Positions 35,207-42,854 are shown, counted from the first letter of the stretch. The stretch is 47,256 nt of DNA from Candidatus Woesearchaeota archaeon (GCA_018657475.1 JABHXC010000021.1:1-47256), one strand, 5' to 3'. The notes: a model not told the origin generated them from the letters alone. Program-made: numbers and translations.

Positions 35207-36055
35207 TTACTCAATAATCCCATACCATTCATATAATACTCTTTCAATGGCTTTAACAAACTCAAAATCTTGTCCTTGAATTAACATGCAGGTATCGTTA
35301 AGAATAACTTTAGTCTCATTTGCAATAACTAATTCAATTACTGGCAATCTGTCAGGGTTATTATCACAACTAATAATATCTCTGTCTACACATGCTTCGT
35401 CTTCTACAGTACAGGAACCAACAGCACGTCTGTTTAATCCTTTAACTAAATTAAAACTTAATTCTGAAATTCCTAATGTATAATGTTTATCATTTACAGC
35501 GGGATCAATGGCAACATAAACGTCAGTACCATTATTAAAATCATCATGTAATTCTCCTCCTACTAATAATTGGTCAACATCTTTTGGACCAAAATGAAGA
35601 GGTGTCCTTACCCATTTACCTCCAATAAACATCTCTGTCCACCACAAATCTTGTGCATAAACAAAACTATAATCATTGTAAATGTAACCTTTATCTGGAT
35701 CTAATTTTCCTTCTGCATTTCTTTGATGTAAACTATCAATGCTCGTTACTGTAGCTCCAGTTATGTTATTATAAATATAAAATCCACCAATAATCACTGC
35801 AAAAATACCAATAACTACTGCAATAGCAATAAAGATATTTTTAGTTTCTACTTTTTCTGCTACTGTTTCTTTCCCTTCATCAGGCTGTGCTTCTTTAATT
35901 TGAATATCTTCTTTTGGAGAATCATCTTTAATAGGTTCTTTAGAAACTTCTTCTTTAACAGGAGTTGGTTCTACTACTTCCTGTTTAGGTTCCTCTTTAA
36001 CCATAATCTCTTCAGATTTTTCTGGCATTTTGTCTTCTTCAGGCATATTTGTCAT
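35207..36055 (-). CDS. type-II membrane-anchored extracellular protein
   Basis: Track ORF with an E/K/P-rich N-terminal region, one TM helix (IFIAIAVVIGIFAVIIGGFYIY) and a Cys-containing globular C-domain. Confidence 0.5.
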   Translation of the reverse strand: MTNMPEEDKMPEKSEEIMVKEEPKQEVVEPTPVKEEVSKEPIKDDSPKEDIQIKEAQPDEGKETVAEKVETKNIFIAIAVVIGIFAVIIGGFYIYNNITGATVTSIDSLHQRNAEGKLDPDKGYIYNDYSFVYAQDLWWTEMFIGGKWVRTPLHFGPKDVDQLLVGGELHDDFNNGTDVYVAIDPAVNDKHYTLGISELSFNLVKGLNRRAVGSCTVEDEACVDRDIISCDNNPDRLPVIELVIANETKVILNDTCMLIQGQDFEFVKAIERVLYEWYGIIE

Positions 36056-36090
36056 TTTTTTTAGCCATTTAAATAGTTAATGGAAGAAAT

Positions 36091-36507
36091 TTATTCAGGT
36101 AATTGGCAGCCGGTGATTGTTCCTAATTGTTTAAGTGTAATCTCTCCAGCAATTCTTATTTCCCAATTTGGCCCGCTAGATTTACGGTTTGCGAGTTCAG
36201 CTGGGATTAAAGTATCATCTACAAATTGCCAGGCAGGATAACCTTGAATATCTGCATCTTTACACACTTGTGTTTGTCCTGATCTGTCTGGAAGGGAACA
36301 TTCAATATAATTTACCTCTTCCCAAGCATCTCCAAAAGACTCTTTTTGATCAATACAGTGCGGACACCAAAATGCTCCATACATTACTGCACCTTCATCT
36401 GTTAAACATTGAGCAAATTCTGTATAATCTTTCTTTTCTCCACAACCTGCTAATACTAATGTTGCTATAATAATAAGAATTATACCAAAAAATAAACTCT
36501 TTTTCAT
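36091..36507 (-). CDS. thioredoxin-like lipoprotein (VKOR-associated Trx-like domain type, CPHC active site)
   Basis: Signal with lipobox MKKSLFFGIILIIIATLVLAG|C. The block VMYGAFWCPHCIDQKESFG...VNYIECS...GYPAW resembles the Trx-like domain fused to bacterial VKOR. Confidence 0.7.
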   Translation of the reverse strand: MKKSLFFGIILIIIATLVLAGCGEKKDYTEFAQCLTDEGAVMYGAFWCPHCIDQKESFGDAWEEVNYIECSLPDRSGQTQVCKDADIQGYPAWQFVDDTLIPAELANRKSSGPNWEIRIAGEITLKQLGTITGCQLPE

Positions 36508-36576
36508 TGAGCTCTATTTTAATTAGTGATATATAAATATTTTGGCTTACCACCCCTCATTCTAACAATATTGTCC

Positions 36577-36603
36577 CACTGGTCACTGGACAACCCCGGA
36601 TAG
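36577..36603 (-). repeat. 27-bp repeat, copy 2 (reverse complement of copy 1)
   Basis: The minus strand reads CTATC-CGGGG-TTGTCCAGTGACCAGTG. The copy is nested inside an 8-bp inverted repeat ATATTGTC (36568-75)/GACAATAT (36603-10). It lies 70-95 nt upstream of the minus-strand Trx-lipoprotein gene. Confidence 0.85.
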
Positions 36604-36648
36604 ACAATATAAACTACCTGAATTCTAATGATAACTGAGGTGATTCAT

Positions 36649-36774
36649 ATGAAAAAGATCAGATTGTTCCGCAGGGGGAAATTGGTGGGATTAATAACTC
36701 CGAGTTTTTATCGGCCAGAACTTAGAACTGAAACATCAGTATGGGAGACTATTGACCTTCCTCAAATGGCATAG
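36649..36774 (+). CDS. small ORF (41 aa) directly abutting the RelE/ParE-like toxin gene; possible minimal antitoxin
   Basis: Not in the track. A strong SD-like TGAGGTGAT lies just upstream of the ATG at 36649. Sequence MKKIRLFRRGKLVGLITPSFYRPELRTETSVWETIDLPQMA*. Its stop TAG (36772-74) is followed immediately by the toxin ATG. Confidence 0.35.
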   Translation: MKKIRLFRRGKLVGLITPSFYRPELRTETSVWETIDLPQMA

Positions 36775-37050
36775 ATGTATCTGCTAAAAACAACTAGAGA
36801 TTTCAGAAAACAGTTTAAGAAACTCCCAAAAGAGATTCAAAGAAGGTTTAATCAGCAATTTAGAATATTAAAAGATGATCCTTTTCATTATGGGAGACCA
36901 TTAGGAAACAAAAAGTTCAGAGAACTCAAAAACGAGGGATTTAGGGTATATTTTGTAATTTACAAAGAACAAATTGTAGTGTTACTAATAGGGGTCTCAA
37001 ATAAAAAGACTCAACAAAATGTAATTGATTATGTTAAGAGGTTCATATAA
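36775..37050 (+). CDS. RelE/ParE-family type II toxin
   Basis: 91 aa. MYLLKTTRDFRKQFKKLPKEIQRRFNQQFRILKDDPF...FRELKNEGFRVYFVIYKEQIVVLLIGVSNKK fits the RelE/ParE layout. Confidence 0.7.
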   Translation: MYLLKTTRDFRKQFKKLPKEIQRRFNQQFRILKDDPFHYGRPLGNKKFRELKNEGFRVYFVIYKEQIVVLLIGVSNKKTQQNVIDYVKRFI

Positions 37051-37087
37051 TCAAAGAAAAGATTATAAAATAATAAGACTTACAAAA

Positions 37088-37313
37088 ATGATGAATAAAG
37101 AAATTGAAAAACTCCTAGAAGAGAGAGACAAATTAGTTCAAAAATTTTGTAAAGAACTAAATTATATTAAAAAAAATGGTATTAAAAACAAAAAAAGAAA
37201 AAAAGCTCAAAACCGAGCTTAAAGAACAAAACAAATTTCTAAAGAGCTTGCTTAGGTCTCTAGATGATGCTAAACATGGTAGGGTTAAAGAATTCAAGTT
37301 TTCAAAAAAATAA
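37088..37313 (+). pseudogene. antitoxin-like small gene split over two frames at an A-tract
   Basis: Frame A (37088..37222) reads MMNKEIEKLLEERDKLVQKFCKELNYIKKNGIKNKKRKKAQNRA*. Frame B is open from 37161, with an ATG at 37176, and reads ...KKLKTELKEQNKFLKSLLRSLDDAKHGRVKEFKFSKK*, ending at 37313. The switch would fall in the A7-G-A7 run at 37190-37204. Confidence 0.3.
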
Positions 37314-37315
37314 AA

Positions 37316-37423
37316 AGCCCTTGGTGGGAATCGAACCCACGACCTGCTGCTGTCTGAAATCAGAGATTTCCGAACAAATCAAGATTTTACGAGGCAGCCA
37401 CTATACCGCTAAGCTACAAGGGC
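37316..37423 (-). tRNA. tRNA-Thr (CGT) with 36-nt intron at the canonical 37/38 position
   Basis: Hand-folded. Acceptor GCCCTTG/CAAGGGC with discriminator T, D arm GCTT-AGCGGTA-TAGT, anticodon stem GCTGC/GCAGC with loop CTCGTA[intron 37352-37387]A, variable loop AGGTC, T arm GTGGG-TTCGATT-CCCAC. Mature length 72 nt. Confidence 0.75.
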
Positions 37424-37451
37424 AACAAAACTTCAAGAATCAATTCTCTTT

Positions 37452-37622
37452 TTAAACTTTTTTTAGTTGTTCAAGTAATTCTTCTTTTGTAGAAAATTTC
37501 TTTTGACAAGAAAAACAAACGGAATATTTTTTTGAAGAACTAGCTTTTTTAACAATCGTCCCTTTAATCTTTCCTAAGAACGTTTCAGCTAACTGTGCTT
37601 TACATATCGAACATTTTGCCAT
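37452..37622 (-). CDS. small Zn-ribbon protein
   Basis: Not in the track; hand-translated as MAKCSICKAQLAETFLGKIKGTIVKKASSSKKYSVCFSCQKKFSTKEELLEQLKKV*. It has a CxxC...CxxC pattern. Confidence 0.5.
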   Translation of the reverse strand: MAKCSICKAQLAETFLGKIKGTIVKKASSSKKYSVCFSCQKKFSTKEELLEQLKKV

Positions 37623-37724
37623 AATAAGTTAATTAAGATACACACTTATCTTATTTTTGTTACTTCTATTAGGGGATTACAATAAGAAAATTTTATAAAC
37701 CATGGTTATCAATAAAAAATTCCT

Positions 37725-38807
37725 ATGATTGATCTCTTATTAACGTATGATCGAACACGTCGTTTTTCTTACGGTGACGTTTATTTAAATGTGGCTAGAA
37801 ACCTTTTAAATGAAAATTTTAAAGTTACAGTGTTAGACATTGAAAATCTCATTGCAGATACAAAATCAGTTCCAGTTTCTGTTTATTTACAACAATACAC
37901 CGATCATTTTAAACCAAAAATAGTGGTGTCAGATCATGCAGGTTTGTATGAAACAATTAGTTCTGTTCAAAATTCTCCTATAATTCAAGATGAAATTGAA
38001 GATTTTTTTAGTACAGAATATCAAGGAAGGTTACAATGTAACTCCCCTCTTTCTTTTCCTGGTGCTTTGGAACTAAAAGTAGAATTCATACGCCGTATGC
38101 GTGATGAAAAACTTCCAATCCCTCAAACAATACTTCACGAAGATTTTGATGATTGGAATTATAACTCTCTTGCTAAAAAACTTGGTTCTCCTTTTGTTAT
38201 AAAAGAAACTGGCCAACATTATGGGAAAGGTGTACATTTAGTTAATGAAGAAAGTGCATTATTGCATAAAGATTCAGTAGTACTTGCTCAACGTCGTATA
38301 ACCTCTGTAACTGATTTTCCTTGTACATTACGTGTAATGACTTTTGGTTCAGAAATTATTGGTACATTTTTACTTTATAGCAACGATCATTTACTGTCAA
38401 ACGCAAAAGATCATACTGCAATGCTGTTAAACACTCCAATTAAAGTTAATGATTCTATTCCATCGAAATTTTTAGGTAAACTTTCCAATCTTGGATTAAA
38501 TTCCAATTTAGAATTAACTGATGAAATTCATGAACTTGCAACCACTATTGGTGGGCTTCATTCAAGAAGTTTCCTTCGTGGGATTGATATTAAGTTTAGT
38601 GAAGATGGACTTCCTTATGTTCTTGAAGCTCAAACCGGACCTGCTTCTTTACAGAAAGGAACTTATTGTTCAATTCAAGGAATAAAGAAAGGAAATGTTT
38701 CTCATAATTTTCAAACAGCTGTTAATTTTCTTACTCCAAGATTCTTAAATCTGTTAGGTAACCAAAACCAATATAAAGCTCAATCTGAGCAGTATAATCA
38801 TGCGTAA
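37725..38807 (+). CDS. ATP-grasp family ligase (RimK-like)
   Basis: ATP-grasp blocks: SPFVIKETGQHYGKGVHLVNEE, VLAQRRI, LRVMTFGSEIIGTF, FLRGIDIKFSEDGLPYVLEAQTGPA. TATA-like TTTTATAAAC lies about 35 nt upstream. Confidence 0.7.
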   Translation: MIDLLLTYDRTRRFSYGDVYLNVARNLLNENFKVTVLDIENLIADTKSVPVSVYLQQYTDHFKPKIVVSDHAGLYETISSVQNSPIIQDEIEDFFSTEYQGRLQCNSPLSFPGALELKVEFIRRMRDEKLPIPQTILHEDFDDWNYNSLAKKLGSPFVIKETGQHYGKGVHLVNEESALLHKDSVVLAQRRITSVTDFPCTLRVMTFGSEIIGTFLLYSNDHLLSNAKDHTAMLLNTPIKVNDSIPSKFLGKLSNLGLNSNLELTDEIHELATTIGGLHSRSFLRGIDIKFSEDGLPYVLEAQTGPASLQKGTYCSIQGIKKGNVSHNFQTAVNFLTPRFLNLLGNQNQYKAQSEQYNHA

Positions 38808-38871
38808 AAGAATTGCTATAATAGACAAAGAGAAATGCCATCCTGCTTTTTTGAAAAACCAGATTTCTTAA
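38800..38871 (+). pseudogene. relic of an ABCE1 5' end (first ~16 codons) followed by unrelated sequence and a stop
   Basis: MRKRIAIIDKEKCHPAFLKNQIS*. Residues 2-15 match residues 3-16 of the intact ABCE1 (RKRIAVIDKNKCRP) at 11/14 aa and 27/42 nt. The ATG overlaps the ATP-grasp stop (cATGcgTAA). Confidence 0.6.
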
Positions 38872-40427
38872 TAATTGTTCATTTAACTTTTCCTAAAAAC
38901 GTCTTAGCTAAGAAACTATTTATTTTTAAAAAATGATGGTTTAAGATAATGTAACACTCACTGCCAGGGTTAACATTTAAATAATGATGCCCTTTCCAGT
39001 AGAGATGGATATTTCTCATTTAACATTTCTCGTACTGGGTGAAGAAAAATGTTAAACTACGAAAATGATCCATTATTACTTGAGAACCAAACTGCTAATT
39101 TTTTAATTTCAAAAAAGAAAGACGATCTTTTATTTCTTGACAAAAATAAGGGGATCCTTAATATCTTTTCAGCATTTGTTAAAATGAATGACTTTGTAAA
39201 GAAAGATAAGATTGTTCAGCCTTTACAAACTACTTTATACGCTAAGATAAGTAAAGATCTGGCCGATGAATTAAATAAGAGATGTAATTCTACAAAACAA
39301 GTAAGGGGCTTGATCAGTAATTATACTAAAAAAAGAACAAATTGCAATGTTGACAAATGGTTTAAGCTTAAAGTTTTCCCTTTAATTTTCTTAAGGATTA
39401 TCAGTAAAGATGTAAATGAATTATCTCGTTGGGTTTTAGAGATAGATTACTTAACTGATTATCTTAACAAGTCCAGATTTTATGTTCCAAAGAAAATTGA
39501 TGATTTATTAGATAATAAACTTATTTACTTTGTTGGTTGCTCTGTAGGGGATGGACATATTGATAAAGCAGGAAAAAGATGGATATTGGTGGATGGTAGT
39601 TCAGATAACAGAAGATTAGAGCAATCTCGTGACTTTATCTATAATCTTGCATCTCTGCTTAAGAATTACATAAAGACTTACACTATATCTGAACATAAGA
39701 CAAAGTATGTTCTAAATGTAAACAACAAGTCGCTTTGTCGTTTCTTAAATTTTTTCTTTAGTTTACCTTATGGTGCAAAGAAAAATGTGACACTAAAAGT
39801 TCCATTAATATTAAGTTACTCTAGAAACAATTTAGAAAAGTACTTCTGGAGGGGAATGTTCGATACTGATGGGAGTGCAGTGCAAAATCATAGTGTTGAT
39901 CTTTGTTCTTCTGATAAAAATATTCTTAAGGAATGCACAGATTTTTTAAAAAAACTATCAATCAATCCAAAGGTTTCAATGATTGGAGTTAGAGTTAATA
40001 ATTCTGATCTTAAAACTTTTTCTCATGTCGGTTTTGCTCATCCAAGAAAACAAATCGAATTTTTATCTTCTTTAAAGCAAGGTCCAAAATTTAAAGTTTC
40101 CAGAATAATCCCAGGAATGGAAAAGAAAATTTCTTCTGATTTATATAAAATCCATAAAATTTTAAGAGTTGATAATTCAAACAATAGAATTAGAATAAAC
40201 GCTACAGAAATAAGGAGAAGCAACCTTACTTTTGATGATGTCAAAGAGATTATTAAGAACAATTTTGGATACGAATTTAAAATAACTTCAAAGAATCTTC
40301 ATTACTTTAAATCAAAAAAAGTTGCATCTTTTCTGAGGAGTAGGTTTATATACGAACCCGCATGGAAAGCCATTGAGGAAGAGGAAGAAGATCAACTTTT
40401 AATAAGTTGGAATGATGTGTGGAGAAA
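38847..40427 (+). mobile_element. homing-endonuclease cassette inserted at the ABCE1 5' end (approximate bounds)
   Basis: Bounded on the left by the end of homology of the ABCE1 relic (about 38846) and on the right by the ATG of the intact ABCE1 (40428). Contains the LAGLIDADG ORF and the Zn-ribbon relic. Confidence 0.5.
38870..38911 (-). pseudogene. 42-nt degenerate copy of the middle of the Zn-ribbon gene at 37452..37622
   Basis: 33/42 nt are identical to 37551-37592. The relic translates to LAKTFLGKVK*TII, versus LAETFLGKIKGTIV in the intact gene. Confidence 0.5.
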
Positions 40428-40434
40428 ATGTTAA
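39049..40434 (+). CDS. LAGLIDADG homing endonuclease (double-motif, free-standing) with N-terminal extension
   Basis: Canonical motifs LIYFVGCSVGDGHI and KYFWRGMFDTDGSA about 100 aa apart. Supporting blocks SLCRFLNFF, KVPLIL, NILKECTDFLKKLSI, FSHVGFAHPRKQ. The last codons (TGG AGA AAA TGT TAA) overlap the ABCE1 ATG. Confidence 0.8.
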   Translation: MLNYENDPLLLENQTANFLISKKKDDLLFLDKNKGILNIFSAFVKMNDFVKKDKIVQPLQTTLYAKISKDLADELNKRCNSTKQVRGLISNYTKKRTNCNVDKWFKLKVFPLIFLRIISKDVNELSRWVLEIDYLTDYLNKSRFYVPKKIDDLLDNKLIYFVGCSVGDGHIDKAGKRWILVDGSSDNRRLEQSRDFIYNLASLLKNYIKTYTISEHKTKYVLNVNNKSLCRFLNFFFSLPYGAKKNVTLKVPLILSYSRNNLEKYFWRGMFDTDGSAVQNHSVDLCSSDKNILKECTDFLKKLSINPKVSMIGVRVNNSDLKTFSHVGFAHPRKQIEFLSSLKQGPKFKVSRIIPGMEKKISSDLYKIHKILRVDNSNNRIRINATEIRRSNLTFDDVKEIIKNNFGYEFKITSKNLHYFKSKKVASFLRSRFIYEPAWKAIEEEEEDQLLISWNDVWRKC

Positions 40435-42188
40435 GGAAAAGAATAGCGGTTATTGATAAGAACAAATGCAGACCAGATGCTTGCGGAAATTATTTATGCG
40501 CAAAATTATGTCCAGTGAACCGCACTGGAACAGAGTGTATAACTCCTGGTAGTGATAATACTGCACGTATAGATGAAATCTTGTGTACTGGTTGCACGGT
40601 GTGTATTGGGCGTTGTCCATTTAATGCTATAACTATAATCAACCTTCCATCACATTTAAACAAATCTCCAGTTCATAGGTATGGTGCTAATAGTTTTGAG
40701 TTATACAGCTTACCAACACCAATTTTTGGGCAAGTAACAGGTATTTTGGGAAAGAACGGTATAGGAAAGTCTACTGCGTTAAAAGTAATGGCTAACATAT
40801 TGAAACCTAATTTAGGTAATTGGCAAGACCCTCCAACGTTTAAAGAAGTAATTAACTATTTCAAAGGTTCAGAAACACAAAAATTTCTAGAACAATTACA
40901 AAAGAACGAAATTAATTTATCATACAAACCGCAACAAGTTGATTTGATCCCTAAACAGTTTTCAGGTACGGTAAGGGAACTGTTACAAAAAGTTGACCAA
41001 ACTGGAAAGATCGAAGAACTTGCAGAAACATTGCAGCTAACTGCAATTTTGGATAATGATATTACAAAAATTTCTGGCGGAGAGTTACAAAGAACCGCTA
41101 TAGCAGCAACTGTAGCAAAAAAAGCAAATTTATTTTTAATTGATGAACCAACATCTTACTTAGATATTAAACAAAGAGTAAACATTTCTAAATTTTTAAG
41201 ATCATTAACTAACGAAAAAACAGCAACAATTGTTATTGAACATGATTTATTAATTTTAGATTACATGACTGATGCATTAAATATTATGTATGGTCAAGAT
41301 AATGTTTTTGGTGTTGTTTCAGGTATAAAATCAACAAGAGAAGGTATTAATTCTTTTTTAGAAGGTTTCCTACGTGAAGAAAATGTTAGGTTTAGAGTAA
41401 AACCGTTAAAATTTGAAAAATCACAAGAAACTAAAACAGGTAGGATTGAGCAATTAGTTGCTTGGAAAAATTTACAGAAACAACTTGGAAACTTTTCATT
41501 AAAAACAGAACAGGGAGTTTTGTATAAGAACGAAATTGTTGGAGTTCTGGGAGAAAACGGTATGGGGAAAACCTCTTTCATTAAACTTCTTGCAGGTATT
41601 GGTAAACCTGATAGTGGAGAATTAGACAGTGAAATTAAAGTTGCCTATAAACCACAATACTTGGATACAGAATCCGAAATGCTAGTAGCTGATTTTTTAC
41701 AAAAAGCAATTGAAGATTATTCACACCAGTTAATCAAGTGGTTAGATTTAGAAAAATTGTTTACTCAAAAGTTATGTGAGTTATCTGGAGGACAGTTACA
41801 ACGTGTTGCTGTTGCACATTGTCTGAGCCAAGATGCAGATTTATTTTTGTTAGATGAACCTTCTGCCTATTTAGATGTTGAACAAAGATTGTTAATTGCA
41901 AAAGTAATTAAGAATATGACTAATGAACGTGAAACCACTGTTTTAGTTGTAGATCACGATTTAATGTTTTTAGATTATTTAGCTGATCGGGTGATTGTTT
42001 TTTCTGGAGTCCCAGCGAAAGAAGGAATTTTACATGGTCCACTTCCTTTGAAAGAAGGTATGAACCAATTTTTACAACAATTAAATATTACTTTACGTAG
42101 AGACATAACTTCTTCTCGACCCAGGATAAATAAACCAGGTTCAGTAAAAGATAGAGAACAACAATCAAAGAATTCTTGGTATGGATAG
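40428..42188 (+). CDS. ABCE1: ABCE1 / RNase L inhibitor (ribosome recycling ATPase)
   Basis: N-terminal double 4Fe-4S region (CRPDACGNYLCAKLCP; CTGCTVCIGRCP). Two ABC domains with Walker A GKNGIGKST and GENGMGKTS and signatures SGGELQR and SGGQLQR. The track start at 40419 is a GTG; the ATG at 40428 is preferred. Confidence 0.92.
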   Translation: MLRKRIAVIDKNKCRPDACGNYLCAKLCPVNRTGTECITPGSDNTARIDEILCTGCTVCIGRCPFNAITIINLPSHLNKSPVHRYGANSFELYSLPTPIFGQVTGILGKNGIGKSTALKVMANILKPNLGNWQDPPTFKEVINYFKGSETQKFLEQLQKNEINLSYKPQQVDLIPKQFSGTVRELLQKVDQTGKIEELAETLQLTAILDNDITKISGGELQRTAIAATVAKKANLFLIDEPTSYLDIKQRVNISKFLRSLTNEKTATIVIEHDLLILDYMTDALNIMYGQDNVFGVVSGIKSTREGINSFLEGFLREENVRFRVKPLKFEKSQETKTGRIEQLVAWKNLQKQLGNFSLKTEQGVLYKNEIVGVLGENGMGKTSFIKLLAGIGKPDSGELDSEIKVAYKPQYLDTESEMLVADFLQKAIEDYSHQLIKWLDLEKLFTQKLCELSGGQLQRVAVAHCLSQDADLFLLDEPSAYLDVEQRLLIAKVIKNMTNERETTVLVVDHDLMFLDYLADRVIVFSGVPAKEGILHGPLPLKEGMNQFLQQLNITLRRDITSSRPRINKPGSVKDREQQSKNSWYG

Positions 42189-42223
42189 AAAGTTATTTAT
42201 AATATAATTCCACTTATGATCCT

Positions 42224-42376
42224 ATGGAAACTGTAACAATTCCAAGGAAAGAGTACTTACGTTTAGTTCATGAGAATAAAGCTCTAAAAAATACAAAATT
42301 GTACAAAAGATTGCTTGAAGCTGAAATGAACATTGCTAGTGGTAAGAGATACACACGGCAAGACGTAGGGTTGTAA
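42224..42376 (+). CDS. orphan antitoxin-like small ORF (50 aa)
   Basis: Not in the track. METVTIPRKEYLRLVHENKALKNTKLYKRLLEAEMNIASGKRYTRQDVGL*. The pattern (I.IP..EY..L......L.......L.E.......G+....+V) resembles small archaeal RelE-partner antitoxins. No intact toxin gene is adjacent. Confidence 0.3.
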   Translation: METVTIPRKEYLRLVHENKALKNTKLYKRLLEAEMNIASGKRYTRQDVGL

Positions 42377-42521
42377 ATACTGCTTTGATTTTATTTCTTA
42401 ATTTGTTTATATTTAGTTTTTGTCTTTTTGTGTTCTTTTTAATTTCAAATTCAAAAAGTAAAATCTCTTCATCAAAAACAATGGAATATTCTTTTGTCAT
42501 ATTAAAAAAAAGAAAAAAAAA

Positions 42522-42854
42522 TTAAAATTTAAACATTTCTGCATACTTTCCAACAATAGGTATTGGTTTTTCTTTTCCACTTAATGCAAAGATCCAACCC
42601 ATTAGCCAAAGCACCAACAAAATAACGCTCAAGACCCAATAAATGATTAACCCAATAATTGGAATGAACATTAAAATTATTCCTACAACCCAAACAATTA
42701 TTGCCGCAATGAATAAAACTAAACTTTGTTTTGCGTAAAACATTGCATACTTATCATCTTTCTTTGCTAGAAGTACAATTAAAAATCCAATAATCCCTAA
42801 AAATACTGCTAACCAAGCAAATACTTTAGAATCACTTTCAACTTGTTTTGCCAT
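42522..42854 (-). CDS. small multi-pass membrane protein (DUF4870-like)
   Basis: Track ORF with three TM helices and the block YAKQSLVLFIAAII. Confidence 0.55.
   Translation of the reverse strand: MAKQVESDSKVFAWLAVFLGIIGFLIVLLAKKDDKYAMFYAKQSLVLFIAAIIVWVVGIILMFIPIIGLIIYWVLSVILLVLWLMGWIFALSGKEKPIPIVGKYAEMFKF

Noticed and set aside
42339-42500. Minus-strand 54-codon ORF (MTKEYSIVFDEEILLFEFEIKK...) as a possible RelE-like toxin fragment partnering the antitoxin-like ORF at 42224
   Set aside because: It is convergent with and overlaps the plus-strand ORF, its resemblance to the RelE N-terminus is weak, and its 3' part is read from the antisense of the other ORF.
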